Source: Trypanosoma brucei
Lineage: Eukaryota
Reading direction: 5' to 3'
DNA: 64,000 bases
Assembly (NCBI GenBank): GCA_000002445.1
Contig: CP000068.1
Coordinates: 448,001-512,000, forward strand
Below the pieces are notes generated by a model. That model did no database searches, had not been told where the DNA came from, and saw only the letters and a list, made by a program, of their open reading frames with translations. This document shows, piece by piece, positions 36,140-48,640 of the stretch. How positions within the stretch are numbered: position 1 is the first letter of the stretch; every line of letters begins with the position of its first letter. A program made the position numbers and the translations under genes.

Positions 36140-38347
36140 CTATACATTGGGGAATTCTATGTCACCTTCCCTCCCAGTAAAGTGTGAGCCGACAATTGTA
36201 ATGTCTTTGTCGGCAATCGCAGCCGCCTCTTTGTACAACTCTGGTGTCACTCCAATGAGTCGCCTAAATGTTATCTGTTGTTCGTCGTTAAGGTTTGGCT
36301 CCGGTAGGATGAAGTTAACCTTCTTGGACTCTGGAAGAAGTTTCTTTACCTCAATGTTCGTCACGAAAGGTAAGAAAAGCATTTTACCCTTCGAAACACA
36401 TGGGGCCGTTTCACCCTGTGATGGCCCCACAGTGTTCACAAGGGAAAGCGACGAGACCGTTTTCGGCTTATAGCGTGCCGATAGACTTGGAAGCCCCGTT
36501 GTGTTCACGTAGTCATGGTCAGGTGCCGCGTAAAGTATCCATACCTCCGCGTTGTGGTAGCCTGGGAGCGTAACATCACCAGTATAAGCCACATCCTTGG
36601 GAGAGAAATTGAGAAACGAAAGCAGCTCTCGTCTGCCTTCTTCAGGATACAGCAACACCACCGCCACCGCCACGACATTTGCGCAGGATGGCATCACAAT
36701 GAAGCGCGTGAGTCCCTCCTTCACTTGATATCGCAGCGGTTCCAATAATTTGCATATAGATGGACTAAAATACTGGCAAGGTATCTGTGGTGTCGGGTTG
36801 GCAACAAAGGTAACTAAGGCTTGATAAGCAACAACGGGGACAAATGGCTCCTCGGAAATCAGGTCCGAGAAGGGATCTTTTCTAATCGCACGTGCACCAA
36901 TCACCATACAGTAATATCCCGACTCCGGTACCATTAGAGTGAAGGTTTCACTCATTGACGACTCCTCCCGCTGGTGCCATACCCACCTGGGTCCCAGTGC
37001 CGTAGCTGAGCTACAGTTATCTGGGAGTTCCATTAATGTTCCTCTAAAGAGAACACAGCACAACTCGAAATGCTCCGGGTCCTCGTTGAAAAGTTTGATG
37101 TAAAATGGTGTGGACCGCGTGATGCTAGAGCACCGACGCCCAGAAGGGTCCAGGGCCAGGGGAAAACGGAAGAAATCATGTGTCATCAACGGTTCACCTT
37201 CCCACACGGTTTTCCTCTTCGGTGTCTGCAGCAACGAGTGGCGCGCACGTTTGGGGAAATGTGTGCTGAAAAACTTCTCTGGATGTGTGTTAAAGTAGAA
37301 ATCTTCCATACGCTTCACCTGTGAACAAAAGGGGGCTAACAGGGGGCCTTCAAGTATGCTCCGCTGCGGTGTTGCTTGTTGGGCGGGAGCGGCCCTTCCC
37401 TTACGACCCGTGCTTTCACCCTGCTGATTTGGTTTACCTTTTGGAACATCTTCGGCGGCATCCCCCGGCCGATTGACAGATAAACATTGACCTGAATGAG
37501 CGGAGAGCATCACATCCACGAGATACGAAAGCGGCGGGTCGTCATCCACGGGAATTTGAACAAGGTTCCACGCCCATTCAATACTTTTTCCTGGGGGGCG
37601 TCTCCGCAGAAATCCTTCTACCACTTCGCCCTTAATCCCAGCCAACTGAAGGAACTTCTGATATATTTGGGCCATCCCAATGCAGGTAGCACGGCGTTGC
37701 GCCAGCACTTCCTCAAACAAGTCCATGGACCACAGGGATACGACGGTGTGTGATGCCGCCGATGATTTTTTTTTGTGGCTACGCGACGATGCGACACTGT
37801 TCCCTTCTTCCTTTTTGCCAGCACCAGCAGGCGCAGGTACGCTCGCTGCAGCTTCATCCCCCTGTTGTTGGGGAAGTTCAGGGTTAATATTGTTGCAAAG
37901 CCAGCAATACAATGTTCTCGCCTTCTTCAGCGCACACTGTGAAGCGGACTGCCGCCACGTAACCCGTTTGAAGGGTTCAATGAGCCGCGTCACAATTTCA
38001 TGTGGTCTAGTCACTCCTTCTAGTGGCCCGACTTCGCGTGCCCATGCGTCAGCTTCCTCTCGTTCTTCTTTCCCAATACCCCACTGGGCACCAGGCAGAA
38101 GTTCCACTGACCGCGCAGGTGCGCGCCGGCCTCCGATCCGTGGGGCCTCTCTCAAGTGCTTGGTTTCCCTCTCAATGGAGAAGCCAAAGTGGTGAAGATA
38201 ATCAGCGTAGTGCCGCAACTGTAGATCAAAGATGGACGGCTTTACCGTCTCGGTGTATATTTCAAAAACTTTACGTCCAAAGGACTCAACTCGTGCCTCC
38301 TCAGACTCCGCCCCCGCTGCAGAGTGCGGATTCGGCTTCTTACTCAT
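36140..38347 (-). CDS. Hypothetical protein with a transglutaminase-like (papain-fold) core, 735 aa
   Basis: ATCIGMAQIYQKFLQLAGIKGEVVEGF...SIEWAWNLVQI...YLVDV resembles the Transglut_core pattern (G.C..[FY]A...GIP.R.V.G / HAW.EV / D). Confidence 0.5.
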   Translation of the reverse strand: MSKKPNPHSAAGAESEEARVESFGRKVFEIYTETVKPSIFDLQLRHYADYLHHFGFSIERETKHLREAPRIGGRRAPARSVELLPGAQWGIGKEEREEADAWAREVGPLEGVTRPHEIVTRLIEPFKRVTWRQSASQCALKKARTLYCWLCNNINPELPQQQGDEAAASVPAPAGAGKKEEGNSVASSRSHKKKSSAASHTVVSLWSMDLFEEVLAQRRATCIGMAQIYQKFLQLAGIKGEVVEGFLRRRPPGKSIEWAWNLVQIPVDDDPPLSYLVDVMLSAHSGQCLSVNRPGDAAEDVPKGKPNQQGESTGRKGRAAPAQQATPQRSILEGPLLAPFCSQVKRMEDFYFNTHPEKFFSTHFPKRARHSLLQTPKRKTVWEGEPLMTHDFFRFPLALDPSGRRCSSITRSTPFYIKLFNEDPEHFELCCVLFRGTLMELPDNCSSATALGPRWVWHQREESSMSETFTLMVPESGYYCMVIGARAIRKDPFSDLISEEPFVPVVAYQALVTFVANPTPQIPCQYFSPSICKLLEPLRYQVKEGLTRFIVMPSCANVVAVAVVLLYPEEGRRELLSFLNFSPKDVAYTGDVTLPGYHNAEVWILYAAPDHDYVNTTGLPSLSARYKPKTVSSLSLVNTVGPSQGETAPCVSKGKMLFLPFVTNIEVKKLLPESKKVNFILPEPNLNDEQQITFRRLIGVTPELYKEAAAIADKDITIVGSHFTGREGDIEFPNV

Positions 38348-38407
38348 CCTTCTGAGGAGCCACTTCTAAGCTTCAGAATACAGAAAGCGGGGTAGAAAAG
38401 CACATAT

Positions 38408-38428
38408 GTATATATATATATATATATA
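38408..38428. repeat. (TA)n microsatellite in the spacer upstream of the 735-aa gene
   Basis: Read directly from the sequence. Confidence 0.85.
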
Positions 38429-39662
38429 AGTGTGTGTGTGTGTTTGCTCCGGAAGAATGGCACAGTGCGGCTGCATGGGTAAGAAAAAATCCCTCTGACA
38501 GTAAAGGGACACCAGAAACGACATCTTACTTGCGCAATATGAAAACAGTGTCGCAAGGGATATGCTGGCAATAATTTGGCATCCAGTGCATGATGTAGCG
38601 TAAACGGGAGCCAAAGGTAAGAGCTAAAATTACGACTCACCGTGTTTCACGAGAATCCCATCATCCTTCTATACTTAGTGCGCTCGATCCTTAAACACTT
38701 TGAGCGACAAAAAAAAAAAAAGAAATCAACCAGGGATTGACTGGTCATTTATTTGTTTTGTTTTTTGTCTCCATTACGCGTTCTCACACATGCCTTGTCC
38801 CTGCTTTTCTCGCCTTCACATACCGTCTCTTTCCTCCGCTGGATAAAATTATTTTTAAAAAGTTGGCTACCTTTCCCTACACTTTTTTTTTGATTTTTCC
38901 CTTGTCTCTTTCCGTTCCCTCTTCGCATAAGAAGGAACTAGCACCCACTCTACACCACAAACACTTCACGCTGTAGAATCGCGTACATTCGCTTCTGCTT
39001 CCCTCTCAAAATCTATGAATCACCCCACGTTGCCACATTTTTTTTCTTTTTGCGAAACCTTCAACCACCCAGTATCTAAAAATAGTGGACAACAGAAATG
39101 CGCAGCATAAACCACAACACAAAACAAAGATGCGCCGCAACGAATCTAAAAATAAAAAAATAATACGGGAGAGGGATGTAGTAGGTTAGCGGCGGCACAG
39201 TGCAGCAGACACACAATTAGAATTAGAGATTTCCTCGTTTAGAGTGTGCTACTGATATTTGTGAGGTGTAGGGGGGGGGAAAAAAAAAGCTGAAACCATC
39301 TAGAAAAATGAGGAGGGATAAGATACATAGGGATGAGGCACGAGAAAACGCCCTGTTATGTGGCAACTGCATACGTTGCAGACAACGTATGCAATTTAAA
39401 GGAAGGACGTCCCACGCCAAAACAAAGTGGCGCGCTCATCGCTGCATTTTCATAGCGTCAGCGCGAGAACGCTTCCTTTAGTGGGTGTAGCACCGACCGA
39501 AGGTGCAACACAAACAAAAAAAAACAAGCGAAAGAAAAAAAAAGGAGCCCCTGTGATTCACCCGTCCCGTTGAGTCCCTGATGGACCATAGAGGCGAGTG
39601 TTACGTAGTTTTTAATGCTTTTGCTTTCAGGTTCTCTCCTTTTTTCTATGAAAGCTCCTGCA

Positions 39663-40595
39663 TTATGCGGGAGCGCAAGAAACAACGGGACGTTGGACAG
39701 TGCTGAAGTAAATGAACATGGCCAGTTCAAAAGAATATATCTGTACAGCCTTACTTAGCGTGCTCCGTAACAGCTGCGGCGCAAGCCCCTTGTAAAAACC
39801 GGGTATGCCGTCTTGGTAATAAATGTGTCGTATTGTTGGCATAATGCGCTCATACTCGGGTTTCCCTGTCACGTAGCTGACGCTGCGCATGTGATTCATA
39901 ACGACGTTGTAAGGATAAGAGACGGTGGTGGCGGCAATCTTCGCCACGGCCGAAAGCGATGCTACCGCGACAGATGTCAGAAAAAAGTTGCTGGAACCCT
40001 TGAAACTTGCTTCGTTTGACAACCGCTTAAGAAGTTCATAGATGCTCCAGAAGAGGCCCTCTTCGACGAACCGACCCACAATATTGGTCATGGTCCCGCG
40101 GTAGAAACCACTGAAGCCTTCGTGCTTCAGCACATCTCTAAACGTTTGCCGCACAGTTAGTTTTTCGTTAACTTGCACGCGAGTCCGCACCAGAAATATC
40201 GGCCCTAGGATCGTGTTTGTCACACACACGGCACCACAAGCCGCAATGGCAGGTTGAACATTCTGGTTGACTCCGGCAGAGGAAAGTTGGTCCTTAATGC
40301 AGCGGTATGTAGGAAGATAAATACCATTGGAGGGAAGCGAGGCCATTAGATTTGCCGAGAGACCACGCGAAAAGGCGTGGACAATGCCTCCCTCGAAGAG
40401 GTCCCTAACAGTGTACAAGAGGCTCCTGTGTGCCTTTCCAGTGGCACTTCGGCTTACAGAGAGGCGCACACGGACGGTATCCAATGGGTTTATGACGCAG
40501 GTGGAGCAGACACCGGCAACACAACCAGACAAACAGGATGCAAGGTATTCTTGTCTTTTGGGGGTTTGAACCACATGCGATGTCGGGAGTGCCAT
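39663..40595 (-). CDS. Mitochondrial carrier family protein (SLC25-like), 310 aa
   Basis: Three-fold repeat architecture with the carrier signature P-x-D-x-x-[RK] (PLDTVRVRLS) and six predicted TM segments. Confidence 0.75.
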   Translation of the reverse strand: MALPTSHVVQTPKRQEYLASCLSGCVAGVCSTCVINPLDTVRVRLSVSRSATGKAHRSLLYTVRDLFEGGIVHAFSRGLSANLMASLPSNGIYLPTYRCIKDQLSSAGVNQNVQPAIAACGAVCVTNTILGPIFLVRTRVQVNEKLTVRQTFRDVLKHEGFSGFYRGTMTNIVGRFVEEGLFWSIYELLKRLSNEASFKGSSNFFLTSVAVASLSAVAKIAATTVSYPYNVVMNHMRSVSYVTGKPEYERIMPTIRHIYYQDGIPGFYKGLAPQLLRSTLSKAVQIYSFELAMFIYFSTVQRPVVSCAPA

Positions 40596-41102
40596 TTTTT
40601 TTTTCCCTCCCTACTCTTATCTAAAATTTCTAGTGCCCTTTTGTTTCCTTACACAATAGCAAGGTTGTGGATAATGGCCGTGCCTCTAACAAAGCTACAG
40701 AGCACACCGGGTGCACTTGCGTGCGTGCGTGAATTGAAAGAAAAATTGCGGAAACAGAGAATACTTGAAGGTAGAGGGGCCACAACAGGGGCTGAAATAA
40801 ACTAGCGGATCAGCGAGGGCGACAGCATCCAGAAATACGCAGCCCTCTTTAAGTAATAAGTGACTGGTAGGCAACTCTGTGTGTTAAACGAACCTTTAAA
40901 ACATCGGTAACATTACTTAAACGCGTAGTGGGTGGCTTTTTTACCTAAACGCGGGAACGTCCCTGCTTGTGGCGCGCCCTCCTCGTATTTCGCGGGCCGA
41001 CACCCATATGCACGCACGGACATCCCTGCTCCGGTTTCGGGAACGACTTCACTCCTTTCCCCAACTTTTTTCAGCCATCCCACACCCAACATTTGTGCTA
41101 CT

Positions 41103-43364
41103 TTAATGCCTCGACATGCGCCTTTTATGGCGCGACTTCTTCATACTTTTCACGCCACCGCGATGCTTATAGGCGGGCTTCCCATTCTTTTCCCTACTTT
41201 CTGCCCGCCTTGTCTTCCTCGCATCACGTATCTTTTTCTTCTTCAGCTTCTTCACTATACCCGCCTGTAACTTGTTTTGTGATTTGCGCTGCAGTTCACG
41301 TGCGGCGTTTTTCGCCCTTTCATTGGCACGGGCCTTCGTTTCGCGCTGCGCCCGCCGCTCATTACGCTGCTTTTTCAAAAACTTGTTTTCCTCACGATCC
41401 CAATTTGCCAACTCCTGCTGAAATTGGTTGACAGTAACCTCCGCTTCAGTTTCATACACCCGCCGGGCCTCCTCCTCACGTTTCTTTTGTTCCGTGTGGC
41501 TCAGGCACCAGACCCTCCGCGGGCGCACGGCGGCGCTTTCAGTAAGAATTTTCTCTCCTGCCTCTCGGCCGTACCGGCGTTCCGCACGTTCAATTTTCGT
41601 GTGCAGTTCCTCCGCTGCAAGTTCGGCCCGCACTTGGGGAAACGCGGCGTCGATCTTTTTAATGGCCTCCTGCAGCAGCTCCTCTGGGACATCGCGACGC
41701 CGTACGGTGGCCGCTTGATGATTGCTCACCACACCGCTTACCGCCAGTATCTTTCGCATAATATCCGAGTCCCTGCTCTCATCAACCAGCGAGACCGCGG
41801 TCCCACTACCGCCGATGCGGGCGGTACGGCCCACTCGGTGAATGTATGCAGTGAGTGTTGGTGGGAGATCGAAGTTTATGACTGTCGAAACGTCTTTTAT
41901 GTCTAATCCACGCGAGGCGACATCAGTGGAGAAGAGGTAGTTTACTTCACCAGACGCGAACTTCTCTAAAGAGGCGAAGCGCTCCTCTTGGAGCTGATTA
42001 CCCTGTAGCTCTACGCTGGGAAAACCAATCACGTTGAAGAGGAGACGTAATCGGTGTGCAGTGGTGCGGTAGCGAGTGAATATCAACGTTTTCTCTCGGA
42101 AATAACCTGTGCATAGCGCCACCAAGTAACGTGACTTGACCTTCGTCATGTGTTCCGCCTCGCTTTCAGATTCCTCCGAGTGATTCTGACGCCCTTCGCT
42201 CTGCGGTTTATCATGCGAGCGTTTAGAGCGGGTCTTCTTTTGACACCCCTCCGCAGAAGGGGCTACGTCACCGCGATTTTCCTCAGTAGGTTGCAGGGAT
42301 GTATCAGCATGCAGACGAACGCGAACAAACTGCTGACGCAGTTTGGCCTGAAGAGCAACATGGCCGATGTCCACATTCTTTGGTTTAAATAGATGTTCTT
42401 TCGCAAACTCATCTACTTCTGTCGTCATTGTTGCAGAAAACATCAATACCTGACGCGTTTCCTCCGGCACGCGTTTGAGAATGTCCACCACCTGGTCCCG
42501 GAGCACAACAGTTAACATCTTGTCGCACTCGTCAAGCACAACTACTTCGACCCCCGTTATATCGACAGCACTTTGTGCACCCTTGTGGTTGTGGATCAAA
42601 TCAACTAACCGACCAGGTGTTGCAACAAGAATATCTGGACAAGCCTCAAGGGCAGCCAGCTGGGCAGAGGGTGATACGCCTCCAATTGCCAGTGACACTT
42701 GCAAACCCGTGGTGAATGCCAAAAATTGTTGTAGAACCTGCTGGCATTGCATACCCAATTCCCGTGTGGGAACCAAAACAATGGCCCGGATGTAGCGACG
42801 CTTGCTGTTCATACGCGTCTGCTTCATGGGAGCTCTCGTGAGGAGGAGATGCAACAACGGTAGCAGGAAGGCGGCTGTCTTGCCAGACCCAGTTACCGCC
42901 CGCGCGCAGACGTCGGTCCCACTAAGGATAGCCGGTATAGCTTGTGCCTGTACGGGTGTGGGTGAAATGTACCCTATGTGACTAATGGCGCGGACAAGGG
43001 CCTTGCAGAGACCCAACTCAATCCACATCACCTTGTCTTGTGTCTGCTGACCCGAGCGTTTGTGGCTGTTACCCCCCGTGGAGATTGTCTCACCAGGCAT
43101 CAACTGAGCATAGTCCTGGTCTCCGGATAGCTGGTGGGACATGGGAACACTTCTAACGCCGGTAATACCCTGGAAAAACGACGGTGTATCCTCCAACATA
43201 ACTTCGGTAGCCACGGACGGAGCAGTAAGATCATTTCCTTGGCTACTTTTACCCGAACGGACACCTATGCGTCTACTGCTTGTCGCGGCGGTGTTACCAC
43301 AGCGCAGTGAGCCCCGCCGGGGTTCCGCGGAGGTCGCTCTCCGCCGCAACGGGGTCGGTGGCAT
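41103..43364 (-). CDS. DEAD-box (DECD variant) ATP-dependent RNA helicase, 753 aa, with a basic, Lys/Arg-rich C-terminal tail
   Basis: Motif I AVTGSGKT, Ia PTRELGMQ, Ib TPGRL, II DECD, III SAT, VI HRVGRTAR. Confidence 0.85.
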   Translation of the reverse strand: MPPTPLRRRATSAEPRRGSLRCGNTAATSSRRIGVRSGKSSQGNDLTAPSVATEVMLEDTPSFFQGITGVRSVPMSHQLSGDQDYAQLMPGETISTGGNSHKRSGQQTQDKVMWIELGLCKALVRAISHIGYISPTPVQAQAIPAILSGTDVCARAVTGSGKTAAFLLPLLHLLLTRAPMKQTRMNSKRRYIRAIVLVPTRELGMQCQQVLQQFLAFTTGLQVSLAIGGVSPSAQLAALEACPDILVATPGRLVDLIHNHKGAQSAVDITGVEVVVLDECDKMLTVVLRDQVVDILKRVPEETRQVLMFSATMTTEVDEFAKEHLFKPKNVDIGHVALQAKLRQQFVRVRLHADTSLQPTEENRGDVAPSAEGCQKKTRSKRSHDKPQSEGRQNHSEESESEAEHMTKVKSRYLVALCTGYFREKTLIFTRYRTTAHRLRLLFNVIGFPSVELQGNQLQEERFASLEKFASGEVNYLFSTDVASRGLDIKDVSTVINFDLPPTLTAYIHRVGRTARIGGSGTAVSLVDESRDSDIMRKILAVSGVVSNHQAATVRRRDVPEELLQEAIKKIDAAFPQVRAELAAEELHTKIERAERRYGREAGEKILTESAAVRPRRVWCLSHTEQKKREEEARRVYETEAEVTVNQFQQELANWDREENKFLKKQRNERRAQRETKARANERAKNAARELQRKSQNKLQAGIVKKLKKKKIRDARKTRRAESREKNGKPAYKHRGGVKSMKKSRHKRRMSRH

Positions 43365-46300
43365 CCCGTTCGACTTCTCCCCTCTTTCGTATTACACGTC
43401 ACGGTGCCTTGACTTACACGCGGGGGCTTCCTTCAGCGCCTTTTCTCCCTTTACAGGTAGTAACTGCCGTCACTGGTAAAAATATCCAACAGACGCCCAC
43501 GGTGTGAACTCATTGAGATACAAAGACGGAAAAGGAAAGCGATGTAAGGGGAGGTGGATGGTGGAAAACATGTAGAGAGTTCAGGAAGAAAAACGGACAC
43601 CTTCGAAGCAGTTAAAACAAAAAAAAAGGAGATGAAACAAAAAGAAAAAGCGTCACGTCCCCCCTTGCTACAGGCTTAGATAAATAAAATTTCAACTCAA
43701 TGTTCTTAGGGGAGCGTAAAAAATTATTATTATTTTTTTTTGCCAAATCTTGGCCAGGAAAAGAGTAGAGTTACTTTTGAGGGCAGCAGCGCAAACAATG
43801 TGGCCAAGAAAACGTGGAATACCTTGTTTCACACTTTATTCTCACCTCACTCTCTTCTTTCAATTAAAAAAAAAGTATGCGCGTACACCATTTTTGAGTG
43901 AGAACAAAAAAATCGCACGCCCTTTCCCCATTACTCTTGTATCCGCGCGAGAGCAAACGGGTGTTACCGAGTGGAAGTGAGAAAAGCAGCCGTCACAAAA
44001 AAGGAAGGAGGGGGAGGGGAAACGTACGCAGTAGAACAGATAAGAAAAGAAGAGAAATGGTGGAATAAGGATTGGGAAGGAGCCAGGCGCATGCGCGCGC
44101 ACACACACATACACGTGGTTGTGCACTTTCATACCCCTTTTCACGACCTTAAACGTGCATATCACACCATTCCTATCTCATCTTCCTGCTCTTGTGTATA
44201 CGGTTCCTTCAAAATGCATCAACTTAAGCGGTGCCTCCTTCTGTGACACTTCGTTTTATCACCGATGAGTGCACCCAAAAAGAAAAACAGGGAAGCGGCT
44301 GAAAACAACAAGGGGGGAAGGCGAGAGCAACGTGTAGTGGTAGCGCTTACAAAGTACACATGTGCGTAATGCAGGTGGAGACTCGTTCAGCACCGACGTC
44401 AACGCCATCATCCTGAACAGCGTGGTTCCAACTCCACACACGCGTCTGTAACTGCGTTGATATTTCTACGCCCCCTCAGATATTGCATCCCTTGGCACAC
44501 CACGTGGTCGTGAAGATAGAACATTTGGGCTTAGTTTCTTTTCTCTTCTCTTTGTCCCCTTCACAAACCACTTTGGGGCCGCTTTACACTTAAGGACGTT
44601 GCTCTTCTTTCCTTCCCTGTCGTTTTCCAATGACCTTTGCCACCTCCGTAAAGAAATCGGCACTGTTCTTAAGGTGCGCGAAAGTAAACAAACTGAAAGA
44701 TTTGTCACGCCACCATGAGCGTGGCCCAGCAGACCAGTGTTGTTAGTGGGATTGTTCAGCGTGCCATGTGGGAGGTGGGAAAAATATGTGTTCATTCGTG
44801 ATAATAATGGAGATCACCCAAGGAAGGAAGTGTGGTAGGAAGTGGAGATTAAAACGTAGTTTCGTCCGCACTTACCCTCATGGGCGCAGCGCAAAACTAC
44901 CTTACAACGGAGACGCAGATCCCACTTCTCTTTCTTTTCTCTTACTTTCTTTCCCTCTTTCGTTTTTCACATTATTCATCTTACCATTTCAATATACTGC
45001 GAGTGGAAGGGTGAGAAAATGAGGGGTCAAGAAACGAGGAAGAAAAGCAGAAAAAACGGGCCCACTGTTCAGTGGGCAAAGCCATAACTTGGGACGTCGC
45101 CCCACTGCCCCTCATCCATTTCATTCACAACCCCTACATAACGCCATGCACACACTGCCCATGACAGTCAGTTTTCACTTTGCTCTCCACAGCATCCAGC
45201 CGGTAGAACAGAATATATGCCCGCTTCGGCGACCGTAGTCCAAGTGTCCACTTCCCTATAGCGACAACTTCATCATGTTCTATTAAAACGTGCACCCACC
45301 AGGTGACAGCAGCACCATAAAGTGGAGAATGGGTCACTAGAGAAAAAGTGGTAAAAACAGTGACCCATTCCCACAACACACAGTGTTCCTCTTCCTATGG
45401 TTCTTTCACATTCATCAAATCGATTAATTTCCTATTTCCACCCTTTTCTTGCCCACCATCACCGCAGCTCCAGCGCGAATGTCGCCACATTAACAGCAAA
45501 CCCCCAAAATCAGCAGGATAAAAAAAAAAAAATGTGCCCACCCCCTCCAAGTACATTTTGCATTACTGTCCCTACTACCCCCAAGCACATCTCATGCATT
45601 TTTGGGTATTAACTCCTGCATGCAGAGCGCATTGGACATACACACACACACACACACAGACACACATATATATATATGGTTTTCCCGTGTGTATGTACGA
45701 TGAGGAGAGGACACCCTCAACCCTCCTGCACTTTGCTTTACCTCTAAAATGAGAAAAAGAATTGTTCTGAGCGCCGATTGGGGCTCCCTGTCGTTAATGA
45801 TCCTCGAAAAACTAATTACCCTTCCCAACTCCCTTTCTTACTCTCCCTCTCTGTTTGTTTTCAGGTGTAGAGTCACTCCAGATTCTTGTAGGTCGTAAAC
45901 AACCTTATGCGCACACACACGCATTCGCACAGCTCTACCTTGCAGTGATGGGACACCGAACCGCCGCGGTGAAAAACTTTCACAATAGAAAAGCAAAAAC
46001 AACCTACGTAGGAGGCCCCCCCCCCCAGCCATACCATCAGTGTTAAACAGGGTCTTTAAAAAAAAAAAAGCACACACACACACACACACAAACGAAAAAA
46101 GAAGAAAAGAAAAAAAGAAAATTAATGGGGATGAGTACCCAAAACAAGTTATTGTATTATTTTTTCTTCCTATTTCTACTTGAAGGGTGGCTTGCCGGTG
46201 ATAAAAATACAGGAAGCGGCTCTGCACATATGTGTCGTTCATCTTCCTTCAATAAAACGTTTTATTTTTATTTTTTTGCAGAAATGAGTGAAGAACACCC

Positions 46301-46454
46301 CCACCACCCCCGTCCCTTCACGCGATAAATACCATATGCATACACACGCATATATATATATATCATGGTAGCAGCAATCGCGAAGCGGCTAAAATGTATC
46401 GGCTGCCGCGTCGCTATTCTTTTGCCAAGGGCGTTTGAATCACACGTTCCATTG

Positions 46455-46958
46455 CTAGAAAACATAAAGGCCGTAGGGGTTGTGTCGGTACCTCATTGGA
46501 TTTTCCGTTGAGCAGCTTGCCGAGAATTCGCTACGGCACTTTGGGTGTGGGGGTTCTTTATCCGAGTCTGACGACTCAGTGATGGAATTGTACACTTGCT
46601 TGCTTCCCCCCTCACTCCCCTCACCTCCTTGGGTGGCATCTTTCTCTGCAGTCAGCTGAGACGGGAGAGAAATAAAAGTGGGTTGTCGTCGCATCGTGGG
46701 TGTGAGGACGAGGGATGGGCTGTCAGATGGCATCCCGCGGGTTGGCGTCTTCACGGGTAACGCAACGCCATCCAAACGTCGGAGACCGGTTTCTCGGAGA
46801 AGCTTCATATTCTGTTCTTCGGTATGCAGTTGGTGTTCACCGTGCGCGAACGCACAACGGTCCCCGTACGGACATTGCCCATCTCGCTGATAGTGTTCAC
46901 ACAGTGTCGTTCTGTACTTGGACGGTTTCACCTCCACGTGCTTGTTCTTCTTTGCCAT
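46455..46958 (-). CDS. ZC3H12: CCCH zinc-finger protein, small paralogue (167 aa, single C-x8-C-x5-C-x3-H finger near the N-terminus)
   Basis: KYRTTLCEHYQRDGQCPYGDRCAFAHGEHQL. The symbol is from the remembered adjacent ZC3H12/ZC3H13 pair on T. brucei chromosome 5. Confidence 0.7.
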   Translation of the reverse strand: MAKKNKHVEVKPSKYRTTLCEHYQRDGQCPYGDRCAFAHGEHQLHTEEQNMKLLRETGLRRLDGVALPVKTPTRGMPSDSPSLVLTPTMRRQPTFISLPSQLTAEKDATQGGEGSEGGSKQVYNSITESSDSDKEPPHPKCRSEFSASCSTENPMRYRHNPYGLYVF

Positions 46959-48640
46959 TCGAGTAGAAGTGTCCTTTTCTGTAGTTTATGATCTCTTTTT
47001 GCCTTCCGTCCTGGGTACAAACGTTCTTTTGAGTGTTTTATCTTGAAACCTATAAACGATGCTTGTCTGCGAAGTAAGGGAAACGAAGATGATGAGGGAG
47101 CTAAATACAATGGAAATAGCTACTGTCACACCGCTATTCTACCGAATGAGGTCAGCGTCGTTATGATCTGGTTGGTGGGCTACAGAAAAGGATGTTATAG
47201 ATATATATTTTAAAAGGGTTAGCAAAAACCCACCGGAGTTCAACGGCGCGCACCAGCACCCCCCCCCCACAGGGTTTACACCAGTCACAACTTCGCCGCA
47301 CCCGGTACGAGCAGGGTGGTGGGGAATCAGTTGTTGAAGCACCGGTAGGAAGAAGCCGCATCGCACCTTGCTGTTTACGGCAAAAAACAAACAAACATGC
47401 AATCGACACCAAGACAAGCGGTGGCGATCCGCCCTTATCGTACACGGGAAGGTTCAGGAGGCAAGTTACGCGAGTTCGTATTCCTAAGAAAGTGACGGAA
47501 CCACGTCGTGAACCCCAGTTTTGATAGAATAACGTGTTTTGGTAGACGTGCCGTCAATAATTCTCTAACCAGCTTGAAAGTACAAAGACCTTCCATAACG
47601 CGACAAAACCAACGTTCCCTCTTCAGGACATATTAGTGCAGCAACTCCAGAGGAGGGATGAGCAGAAAATGAACAATTCTGAACACCGTAAGTACGTTAT
47701 CTCATTAACAAAAAAAATGTGGAAACATCAACCAACAGCACAGCTCCTTAAACATCTTATCAGGTAGGTGGTCAGCGCATACAGAGTAAACAGCACCCCA
47801 TTGTGCAAAAAAAAAAAAGGCAAACCTGTATACTTTTGACCCCTGGACACACCCTTCAACATCATCCCAGTCATCCACCACAGTAACGTGGCTGGAGCAA
47901 CTTCCTGCCAAGCGGTTTAAATCCAAAGTGAAAGATTCTCTCAAACCAAACTAGAAAAAAAAAGGACGCAGAAAAAAGATTCGCCCACTTAATGTACCGA
48001 AGAATGGGCCCTCTTGTTGCCCTGTTTACTCGTCGTCTTTCCCGTTTGATGTATTATGTCGCTGCTCACCGAAGAAAGAGACACTGGTTGTGTGCCCTTC
48101 TCATCTCGGTAGAACGTGAGAACCAAAAGCACAGAAAGATAAACAACACAAATTGATGACCACGGTTGAGACACCTGCAAAAATATTCGAAGCTAAAAGG
48201 AGATACAACACAAAACGAGTTGCCCTAGCAACTCATGTCGGTCTTTCAGGTTTAAATTATCAAAGTATTTACGCATATTATGACATAAAACGCATCGTGC
48301 ACAGTAACAACATCGACTAGGCACATCTGCAGGCAATATATGGTAGTTCCCCTGGAATGAAGTTTTGAACAGGGAGGATACCACGACGATCGCAAACTTC
48401 GTATAAGGGGGAGATAACTGCTTCAGCGGAATAAACGATGTACATATCAGTATGTGCGAAGCGGTGCTGCCCTTCCCCACACTTAATCAGAGCAAACGAA
48501 GGGGAAAATCAGAAACAGACAGTACCTGCAGCGCCCGCTCATCTGTATTGGTCACCGAAGCAATTGCAGGCGCATTGGGAAGTGTCACCACTCGGCACCA
48601 AACACCCTCCAAACCTTTAATAACTCACCGCACTTTCTAC

